A stretch of 64,000 bases of DNA from NCBI RefSeq assembly GCF_036321535.1, contig NC_087438.1:2110001-2174000 (forward strand). Reading direction: 5' to 3'. The notes under the pieces are model-generated. The model searched no databases and was not told the DNA's origin. It worked only from the letters and a program-made list of their open reading frames with translations. The DNA is from Camelus dromedarius. Taxonomy: Eukaryota. Position numbers and translations under genes: made by a program. Of this stretch, positions 47,804-58,526 are shown one piece after another (the first letter of the stretch is position 1; the number at the start of each line of letters is the position of its first letter).

Positions 47804-48278
47804 TGCAGTGGACTGAGTGGTGGCCCTTAAAAAATTATGCCCAAGTCCTGACCAGAGGAACCCATGAATGGGACTTTATTTGGGGAAAACATGGTATTTG
47901 GGGATTTGATTAAGTTAAGAATCTGGAGAAGAGACCATCCCAGAGTGCCCAGAGGTGCCCCAGGTGCACGACAGGTGTCCTCACAAGAGAGGGAAGCAGG
48001 AGACATGAGACAGACACACACACACACACAGACACACATGCACTTGGAGGAGGCATGTGAAGACAGAGGCAGAGTGTGCAGGGATGCGGCCACGAGCTGA
48101 GGGGCACCTGGAGGGCCAGGTGCTGGGGGGCAGGACGGGCTCTCCCTGGACGTGGCCTGTTGACCCCTGATTTCAGACTTACAGCCTCCAGAACTTCGAG
48201 GGAATAAACAGACGCCCTTTGCTTCCTGCCTGTTGCTTTGTGTTACTTTGTTACCTCAGTGCCAGCAAGCTCATACTA
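47804..48278 (+). mobile_element. Solo LTR, MLT1B/C-like, with internal (CA)n
   Basis: TGCAGTGGACTGAGTGGTGGCCC...GGAACCCATGAATGGGACTTTATTTGG...GATTAAGTTAAGAATCT...TGTGAAGACAGAGGCAGAG...GATTTCAGACTTACAGCCTCCAGAACT. Confidence 0.85.
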
Positions 48279-51200
48279 ACCTGTGACCAACCTCTGAATC
48301 AAAACCAAGCTGGTTCCAGGAGCATGATGGGGGATGAGGGGCCCCCAGACACACTGTCCCCGACCAACCCCTGCATGAAGCCCCGCCACGCACTGCCTGC
48401 CCATCAGGCGGGCCCTGGGCTTCTCCCGGAGGTCCACACCCTGGAGCTAGACGCCAAGGGCGCAAGCCTGCTCCCCTCGTCCAGCCCTCGTCCAGTAGGG
48501 CCTGGTCCATGCAAGGGGCACCTCTATTCCGGGGGCTCCCTCGGCCCACATGGCCTACATTAGTCACTCTCAAGAAGCTGCAGCCCGCAGAAGCATTTGC
48601 TTTGTGCGTGTTTGGCCCCCGAACATGTCAGGGCGGTGGACGCCCTGGTTCCCTGGAGCAGGGAGCAGGAGACGATGCCTCGTGGAGCGTCTGCATCCAC
48701 ACGCAGTGACACACTCATCCTGCGAGACCTTCCTGCCAGCAGCTGCGTGCCCTGGACCCAGGGCCGCAGGAAGGGGGACCAGAGGAAGGCTGTGACCACG
48801 CAGCTCTTCGTTGGCCAAACGTCTGTCCCTGGGAGGCACTCAGTTGCCCAGGACACACTGAGGCCTCACTGCTGGGAGGAACAGGAGGCAGCGGGACCCA
48901 GGTGCTCGGGGAGGGGGCTCCTTCTCCCAGGAGGACCGGGCGTCCGCCCGTGGGCCTCCCTGAACTGCCTTCGAGCCTCTCAGCCCGTTGGCCCTGCAGC
49001 CTGTGCGTGTCACCACTCTCAGCATGGGCATGAGAAGGGGCACCGCCGGGTCCTCACTGGTAAGTGACGTGCATGCATGTGTGTGTGATTTTCACTGTTC
49101 TGAGTACTTCACTGAATACAGTTAGGTCACTCAGCTAAGCCCCTCTGACAGAGCTCCAGCACTGAGGTTTGGTTACGGGAAGGACGCTGAGCTCAGAGGG
49201 GACCCCAGCAGCCCAGCCGTGGAGCAGACAGACCCAGACCGCTGGCCCAGAGCCACACCCACAGGCCCCGATGCGTCCGCTGCTCCTTAAGATCGTTAGA
49301 CCAGTGGATTATCAGCCAGATTTATGTGGAGGGGAAGCAAGTGGAAGGGACCAGGAAAACGAAATAAAACACGGACGGGGGCAGAGGCTAATAGGGGCAG
49401 GGGTGGGACCAGCAACGTGCAGACTCCCATCCCAAAGGAGACGCACGTTTGTGCAGGGAGGGTGCGCCAGTGGGGAACAGAATGTGTGAAGCCTCGCCCA
49501 TCGGGGGCCTCCCCATCACGGGCCCGCCCTCCGGCTGCCCAGGTGCCGGCGCGCTGCAGCCCTCGCACCTCAGCGTCTCACCCCGCCCAGCAGTGCAGTT
49601 TCAGGTCCTTGGCCGGAGCCCTGGAGAGCAGGAGGTGGAGAGCTGGCCTCCTCAAGGGCAGAGCGGTCAGACTGGGAGCAGCGCCCGGGCTCTGGGGCCA
49701 GAAAGCCGTCACGGGGCCCAGGCTCGCGTGTCCCACCCCCGTCGGCCTAGCCGTTCTCCCAAATGCACTCCTCTGCATTTACGTACTTCTTCTCTGTTTC
49801 ACTCGTTGACCTTTCCGAGACACAAGGTCACAGGATCTGGTTCCCAGGGAGGGATCCGTTTACCCGTTTTCACATCTCCCGCCAGGACCGGGGCGGCGGC
49901 AGCTCTGAGCGCGGCTTGCTGAGCAGCTGTGCTGAGCAGCGCCGTGTCCCACATCGGACATGGCGCAGAGGCCACGCGGGGCCCGGCTCCGCTCCCCTGC
50001 AGTGCTGCCGTGCCGCCCGCTCGGCCGGAAACTGTGTGGGACGGGATTTCTCCATCTCAGAGTGGACGCACAGAGAACACTTGCCCTCTGATTGGAGAAC
50101 GTCAGTGAGGTAAGAGGACCCCTGCGGGGAGCTCGCCAGCTTCCCCCTCGGCGCGTGGGGAGGAGTCGTCCTCCAGGAGCCTGAGCAAGCGGAGCATCGC
50201 TCCAAAGAGGACATGCGCGGGAGGAAGCCCCCTTCAGGGGCCGAGGCGGCATCTGCACGTTCTCGGGGTGGAGCTCCGGGCGCGGGGCAGGGGTCATTTG
50301 TGAAATAATCAGCAGGACGTTTAAGCATCGGGGCTCTCAGACAAGGAGGTCCATCCTCCAGGGGAAAGAGGGCGAGGAAGAGTGGGGCGGACAGGAAGGG
50401 GGAGGTTTGCTGTCAGGACCCTGGGGGCGCCCTTTGGTGCAGAACTGGCGAGAGATGGAGTTCAGAGACCCTGACCCTGCCGGGCGTCACCCGGACGGTC
50501 CCTGGATTCCTGGGCCCTACGGAGGTGGCGAGCGCCACTGCCTTCTCACTAAGGGATACGCACCACACTGAACACAGCTGCGTGCTACTGATCACGTCAC
50601 TCACAGCCCTGCTGGGCTTCAAGAACAGGCACAGAAATCATCTCCTGAGTCGTCCCGAAGTCCACTGCGTGCTGAGTTCCCCTCACCGCGGAGTCCGTCC
50701 AACCCCAGAAGGAAAGACCTCTCGGCGTGTCATGTTATTTCTGCCCCAACCTTCTATTTTTTACCCACTACTAGGTTTGCCACGGGCGATGCAGAAACGA
50801 GTCCTCTGGTCCCCTTTGCTGTCCTGCCTCTGAAGCAGCCGTCCATGGCGCCTCCTGCGCCCAGAGTCTTCCTCCCAGAGGCTCCAGGTCTCCGCATGAG
50901 CGTCCATCCCGACCTGGCTGCAGGCTCTCCACCCGTGTGTCCTGCCCGCCCTCCGCAGGTACCCACGCTTCCTCTGCGTGCCTCCCTTTTCCTAATCGTC
51001 CACACCTGTCCTCAGACGATTTCCTGCATGCCCTAAAATCACTGCTAAAGCGTGCTTGACTGCACAGGTAATTCAAGGTGGAATGCACCCCAGTTAAGCA
51101 AGGGCAGCTCCATGTCCAGCAAGAGGGGCCAGACTGCAGCTGGTGCTGGACGGACGGCTGACTCCCTGACCCGCACGCAGAGGCCTGGGCCCCACAGGCT

Positions 51201-54200
51201 GCTGGGCAGGGCCGACGGGAGACCACCCCCACCCCCCGCCACCGGCTCGCCCTCCGGCTGCCCACACGGCCACCAGAGAGCCCCCGGTCCTGGCCAGCCC
51301 TTCCTGTGTGAGACGTGCTATTACACAAGGGTCACGGGAGGGGATGAGGGGCGTCGGTGTATGAATCTCACCTCCCTAATTAATAACGAGGTTATGTGTG
51401 GCTTTTATTTGGGGGTTTATGGTATTTATTGTCATAAGGAAGATTTTCATTTCAACACCTGCTGTGTGCATGTATACGGACATACGCACGCACTGACATT
51501 AAAATAAATAGCATATGAAACACTGTTCATCCCACATGGGTAACTAAGTAGACCCTTCCTTCGTGGTTCCTGCCCTGTGGTTCCAGTTCAAGGGCCCCGT
51601 CCCCCCTCTGGGGCCATAAAAGCGTTTACGTCCAGCTTTCCTGTTCAGGTCTGTCAAGCTCCACGCGGAGAGCCACGCGGCACCTGATGTTCTGCGCTGC
51701 TTGTGACCAAGTCGTGCAGAGACTCTGTGTCCACTTAAGACACAGGGAAACTCTGGGATGTTATTCTCATGGCACGTGTGGCAGCAGCTGGGTAAACAGC
51801 CGGAGCTGCAGGCGGGCACAGGCAGACGGGGAGCCCTGCCCTCCCCCCCTGGCCACCATCGGGGACGCACGCCCGGGGCCGCAGGACTCGGCGACCAAGG
51901 ATAAAGCGACAGCTACCCGGGCCGACTGTTTCTTATTATAAAATAACCTCTGGACGCTTCCAATACCTTAGCACTATTGTCCTGACTAATTTAGGGGTAA
52001 TTTCGTTACTGGCCCAGAGCCATAAATTACTTACACAAAAACAGCACAACCAACTCTCAAGGAAACGGTTTTCCGTTTTCTTCCTTGAATGTCTAAAACG
52101 TGAGCGAGGCTGCTCCTGGCTTTGAGCACCTTGTAACGAAGCATCCGTGACAGAAGAGGGTCCCCGGCTGCGGCAGCCTCTGTTCTGGAAAGGGGCTCTG
52201 AAAGCTGGAAATGTCACACCCCAGTGGGGGAGAAACAGAGGCAGAGCTCGGAGCCGCGCGCAGGGGCTAGGGCAGCAGCGTCTGCAAATGACTTTGGTCC
52301 CCTGGCGTGATGAATCATGGAGTCGCAAATCCTTTTTAGCTAATTGCTATCAGCTTGTGAGATTTTCCCCTCCATGTTCAATATCAATTTTCATGGCCAT
52401 CGGAGATAGCACTTCTCCCCTGAGCCCGCTGGCGACCGGCCGATAACGGGGCCGCAGCACTTAGCAGCTGGGAGGGGACGCCATCTAATATGCAGCGGCT
52501 GCAGGAGACCGCAGGGAGGCCGGGGCCACCGCGCGTGGCCTGCCCCGCTAACACGTGCACGTCTGTGACCTTCTCGCAAAGTCGTCCTCCTGTGTTGACA
52601 GGCCGTCCGCAGACGTTGTCACCGCGCAGACGCGGCCTTGTCCGGAGCAGGCCTGGCCTTCTTGCAGACGAAAGCTGGCGGGTGTGCCCCTCTCCGATGG
52701 TCTTCAGTACAACCCAGAAGACAAGTGTGTGTATGACATGAAGGTGACGCGGTGCTTTAAGCTGCCCCCCGGGGGGCCTCCGGTCCTGGCCCCGGCGAGT
52801 GGAAGGCTGTATTTAATCAGGAACAGAGCAGGTGTGCCACTGTTCCATCAAAGAAAAGACGGGACTTGTGGATTGAGTCTGGTCCCAAGGAGCCCCCCAG
52901 AATTTCCAGTGGCAGAACTTTCCTGCGTGCAAAGGACACATTTTTCATAACAAGGCACCACAACCAGGTGCATGTTTACCGTGAGTCCAATAGACACCCA
53001 GGTGCCGTGACACGGAGAGCTCCTTGAGACCCTGGACAAAGCAGGGGGAACTAACGTGAAGATCTGGACCAGATCAGCTTCACTGTGGAGCTTCGCTGTA
53101 AAGATTTGAGATGCAAGTAACAAATCAGTGAGCATTAACAGACGTGTGTGCTTTCTCCTGAGCGAGGACTAAACAGATCCAACAGGAGGAAGAAGTTTAA
53201 GTACCACCACTTTTCCATGTCTTGGCCATTTAGCCAGCAATCCCTCAGCAAATTCCTTAAGCTTTATGAAGACTGAGTGGATCACAGTCGGTCACTCAAC
53301 AAGCACTCACTGGCCAACATGGCAAACCACGCATGCCCTGGACAGTGGGAGACACAGCAGAGCTCAAGGACATCGGAAGCTCAGAGGGCAAGGTGTGGCC
53401 TCAACCAGGTGGGGTAGGATGAACCAGCCTGACTTTCTGAGGGAAGACTTCTTGGGGCCATGAGTGATGGAGATGGGGGCTTTCCGTGAAGAGAAACCGG
53501 GGGTACTCTTTATCAGATGAACATGGTTTCACAGGAAAAGAACAATAATGCATGTAGCTTTTAGACAATTCAGGGTAAATAATGTGTTTCATTTGTTGAG
53601 TGTTTCCTCAGCCAAGGCCAGACACAACGGTGGACAACTGCCTGCTTTCATGGGTCAGTACAGTGGACTTTCTTCCCTGGGTGCCCAGAACAGGGCCATG
53701 GGGCACAGAGCTGGGTGCTGCATCCACGGAGCGCCATGCTCCAGGCTGCCCTCCTTCCAGTACCAGGTCCTCCAGCCTGAAAAGCCAGGGTCTCTCCCCA
53801 CCGTTTGAGACCAATGATCAGGCTGGTCTCAGGTGGAACTGCATTGGTCTTACAAGCCTTTTTTCCCCAAATGCATCTACCGTAGATGCTACAGCCATCC
53901 TGCCCTGGCCCACTTTTGCTTTTATTTTCGTGGCTGGCCCCGGGACCGTGGTATCGGACACCACAGACCTGCAGGACAGTGACTGTGAGGAAAGCTCTCT
54001 GGCCAGAATCGGCCACAAAAGAACGCAGGGGGTTCGGGTGGTGGTAATTAATCATGCAACAGAACTGTCATTTTGCTAATCTGTTCCTAATATTGTGATC
54101 TGAAACTACAAAACTGATAAAGTTTCCCAATTCCCTGCGTAGGAATAACGAGCTCAGGCGATGAAGAGCAGCATTATTACAACAGCGTGTGAGCGTCACA

Positions 54201-55427
54201 CGTTTTTGTGTATTTCACATCGTCACATTGTATCTTCCTTTGGTTTAATCATCACCTTGGTTGTCCAGGAAAGACGATATATTCACACTTACTAATTATA
54301 ATACTCTTATTCTATTAGAAAATTATCACTAAATCTTTTTAACTGATTCTATTAAAAAATTAAGTCTACAGTTGATCAGTGCCTGTGTTCACACGTGATT
54401 TATTTGTATTTGCCCAAAGATCCCCTCCAACGTAACAGTCAGATAAGGCCCAGGGCGTACCTTCCCCAGGGAACTTGGGGCACAGGTGCTGTCTCAGGTT
54501 GTCCCACCTCTCCCGGCCCCATCACCGTCTTGCTCGGTGGAGGCCCGTGGCCATCTGTGTCCGGCAGCCGATCTGCTGGAGGGTGAGCCGAGCTGTCACA
54601 GGCTGCGAGACCCGGATCTGCTGGGGCAGAGGCCCCCCGGTCCAACGTCTCTGCTCTTGGAAGGTTAAGGCTTGGCCTCCAGCACATGACAGTTCAGGCC
54701 ACCCTGCCTCCTTCAGGCCCTTCTGATGTATTGTTAGCAGAATTCCTGGGCTTAAGGCACAGGACAAGCCCTCTAACCAAGATGATGGACAGAAGTGGTG
54801 CAGGAATCTGGTGGGCTCCGTCTTCATTGTCTCCTTGGTTGTCCGTCTCCAGGGGAGGTGATGATAGAGGAGAAAAGACAGAAACAGACAGGGAGGCAAG
54901 GCCCAGGGCACTGAACTCAGCTCCGCCACCAGGAAGCACAGAGGAAACCCTGCTCTGCGCTGCTGCTAGCTTGATGTCTGAGCCTGCGCTTGCCAGAGGC
55001 CATCTGGCAATTACTCAGAGAGCAGATTCCAAGTGCTGGGCCCCCGCCTGCCCTGTTAGAAGAGTTTGAAGGTAAATGGTCGCAAACCAGGGTCTTTTGT
55101 CCACTCCGTCTCCAGACTTCGGGGGCAGAAGAGACATTCCTCTTACAGCGCTCCACCCAGCAAGCCTGGCACCCCAGCCGGCCATCCCCGCATTTGGCTC
55201 TGTGTCTTCAGAGCCCCTTCCCACCCTGGAAAAGGACCAGCTCGGATGCCGTGTTCACAGCTGGGACTGGGCCTTCAGAACTGCCTTTGAGGGAGAGGAC
55301 GCTGGGGCCCTGGAGAGGAGCATCAGAATGTCACCAGAGTCACATGCATGGGGTGTTTCCTTTGGTTAGAGCCTGTGAATTCGCCTAACGGCTGGCTGTC
55401 GCAGAGGTGGGATGGAAGGAAACCACA

Positions 55428-55430
<3 letters not shown>

Positions 55431-55465
<35 letters not shown>
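55431..55465. repeat. (AC)17 microsatellite
   Basis: Seen directly. Confidence 0.95.
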
Positions 55466-55469
<4 letters not shown>

Positions 55470-56179
55470 ACGGAGGACAGCAGCCGGAGCTGTGCTGAGA
55501 ATTAAGAAGGGTGTCTAGTTCAGGCAGAAATTCTCTAGGTGGTGGAGCTCAAATTACTAACTATATATAGCATTTTTTCAGTCTGCCTCTAAACCTCCTT
55601 TATTTTTTACAAAAATGCTCTGGCAGTTTAATGAGCAAAACCTTCACTTTCCAGGTGAGCTCTCCCAAGGCCAGCAACGCGCTCTCCGCAGGGTCTGCCC
55701 CGAGTCTCCTCTGCGTCTGGTGGACCTGGTGATTTGGAGGGGCCACGAGACCAGGCACGTCGAGGGTGACCCTCTGTCTGCCCAGCAGCCCCGAACGGTG
55801 CTCCCCCACAGTCACATTCCAAGCCTCACTCCTGGAGCTCAAAGCACTGGGGGGTTTCTCACCGATCTTTCCAAGCAAGGCAAGCCCCCTGCCCCTCATC
55901 CCCACTCAAAAAAGTCCGCTTGACAGCTGGAAGCAGGGAAGTGTGGGCAGGTCAGGAGAGCCGCCCGGCGATGCCTTATTTTTCTCCAAGCGTTTATCTG
56001 ATCTGCTGTCTTCCTCTCCTTGCCTGCCTTCTTGACCACAGATAGGCTTCACCCCATGCAATTCTGGCTTCCCAACAATCCAAAATCCTCTTGAACTTCT
56101 TAACCCCTCGCTCGCAAAATCACTTACATCTGGAGTTGGTTTTCTTTATTTCCTATAATTTGAGCAGAAGAAAGGCACG

Positions 56180-57560
56180 TCCAGATTGACGGGGAAACTG
56201 CAAGATGGCAGCGCGTCGGGGAGAAACGCCGCCGCGGCCCGAGTGGACGCAGCGGCGGCGGCGGCGGGACGCCAGGGGACACCGAGCCCGGCTGGGGTCG
56301 TGCTTTTAAAAGTCTTGTGAGGCAGAATCAAAGGCCAGCACTCGCCTGCGCGACGCGGTGCGGAGCACCGGAGACTGAGCCGCGCAGGAACAGCGGCGGC
56401 TAATTGCATCGCCGCCCGCGGCGCGGGTGTGTCTCTTATTTGTCCCTTTCTAAAGGCATCACCTCCCCCGGGGCCCGGGGGGAGATCTGCAGGCGCCGGG
56501 CCTTTGCCTTTGAACGTATCCTGGATTGCAGCATCAGAGGCGGTGACGAGGGCAGGGAGGCCCCCGACACGCTCCAGCCCCAGCCTCCGCAGTGATCGGC
56601 GGTTCCCGCAGGCGGCTGAACAGTGTGAACCATCCGGGCGCCAGTGATGGCAGTGGCGGCCACAGGTGACACCCGGCGCCGCCGCCGCGACCGCTGTCCC
56701 CACACTCTGCTTTCACCTTTTATCCTTCTCAGCATCATGACTGAATCCACTCTAATGAGGTGCGCTCCACTGCCAGCCCCAGTGGCCACGCGGCTCACTT
56801 CTGGCACTGCGTGGGGGTTCACGAGAAGCCGAGAAGGAAGGCACTTGCTCCTGCTTCCAGGAGAGGAGCCCATGCTCCTTTGACGAAGCCTCCTTCCTCG
56901 CAGCAAGTTCTCTCCATCCCTGCCTGGCATGGGCTGAGCCCTGTGTGCTGTGTCCATCACGAGGTGGGGACCAGCTCAAGGTTGCCTGCTGCACATTTAA
57001 CTTATCGGCGCTTGAAGGACACGGCTGGTGGCCACATGTCACTGTTTACAAGCAGCAGGTGACGGCCGACAGCGGCGGGAGTGTGAATCCATGCCCCCTC
57101 CTCTGCTTCCCCATCTGTCTCCGCGTCCGGGTTGGAAGTGCCTGTGTGTCGACGCAGCGGCGAGGACCACAGAGGCGAGATGCTGCTGCTGACAGAAGCA
57201 CACGTGGGAGCAGGGAGAAAATAACCTCCTTGTGTCTAATGTGGCGGCACGTTTTAAAGGGGGAAACAAGAGCTGATTTAATTGGTGAGCCCCATATGTT
57301 GCCCGCACTCCGTCTCAGGGCTCTGCAGCGAGGCGGCGGCGCCGGGAGATCAGATGTCGCCGAGCTGCGCTTACACCTGCCCCACCGCCAGCCTGACTCC
57401 GGGGCAGCCGGTGCTCATAATTAGCGTCTTCTCTTCCACCGACTTCACACTGCTCGGCCGTGTGTCTCCGTCCCGGAAAGCGCCAGGCCTGAGCCCCTTT
57501 CCGGGGCGGACGCGTGAGCCCCCTCACCAGATCGCTCAACCTCCGTAACTGGGTGCAGCC
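56180..57560. promoter_or_regulatory. CpG-island-like region
   Basis: Very dense CpG (e.g. 56200-56440, 56660-56700, 57320-57520), (GCG)5 at 56252-56266, and no recognisable repeats. No associated exon identified. Confidence 0.6.
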
Positions 57561-57623
57561 CCACCAGCCGCGATGGGCATAGCTCGTGTTTTTATAACTC
57601 ATACAATATTTCACTTGAATGGC

Positions 57624-57645
57624 TTTTTTTTTTTTTTTTTTTTTT
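57624..57645. repeat. Poly(T)22 tract
   Basis: Seen directly; no adjacent retroposon body recognised. Confidence 0.95.
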
Positions 57646-57659
57646 GAAAGAAGGTGGAA

Positions 57660-58480
57660 AGAAGAAAAAGGAGCACAATGCATTGCAAGCTCACGGGATT
57701 AAGCGCATGGTCTTAGTAAACGTGCACACATCCAGGGCAGGGAGAAAAAATGTGGCTGTTACATGCTGGAACCTCCCCCCTTTCTCCAGGCTTAATCTGA
57801 TTTTTGCCAATTCCTTTTGATCTATCGGGGCAGGCAAGTCAGGTCCACAAGTACAGATGGACTAAATATGGAGATTAGCCCCCTTGCCTCTGCCTCCGCG
57901 CCTAATACCTGATTAAGTCTAGAATCGCGCAATTGTCTCCGCGCTGGCTACCGGAGTGGCCGGGCGCAGAAGGGGCCAGGATGAAGGCCGATTTTGTAAT
58001 GGACACTTATTTTATCCCAGTGCTCTAAGAAGATTAGGCCTGGGGGTGTCACATTAGCCGTGATCTCTGGGCCCCTGGTCGTCTCTGGCAGTTTTCAAAC
58101 ACCTCTCCTCGGCCTTAGAACAAACAGGGAGCTTGGACCCAGCGGCCCCATGTCGGGCATGAATAATTGCCCACTGCAAAGTATTTGAAGATCACAAAGT
58201 GCTGTGTAAATTACTCAGTTTGGGCTTTAGTCGGGGTGATTTGTGGTGACTTATTGAATCTTTTCACAGTTCAGAATTAAACTTTCTCTGCTGCTAACTG
58301 CAGACAGCGGAGAATGGAAGCTGAGTCTTAACTGACAGGGCTCCCCTTAGATCAGCGTCTGCAGAAGCCCGGAGAAGCTGGCGGTCCTGAGCCTGCCCGG
58401 CATCTCAGAGGGCCGGGCGGACGCCTTTCTTAGCCGCTCTGCCAAGTTCTGCCGACTCAGCGTGCAACTTAAAATAGCTA
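57660..58480. promoter_or_regulatory. Candidate conserved non-coding element/enhancer (homeodomain-site cluster)
   Basis: Five TAATC/GATTA sites within 57696-58036, including TAAT-N5-ATTA at 57903-57915. Repeat-free. Function inferred only. Confidence 0.5.
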
Positions 58481-58488
58481 TTGAAACC

Positions 58489-58526
58489 AAAAAAAAAAAA
58501 AAAAAAAAGAAGAAGAAGAAGAAGAA
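58489..58526. repeat. A20 followed by (GAA)6
   Basis: Seen directly. Confidence 0.95.
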
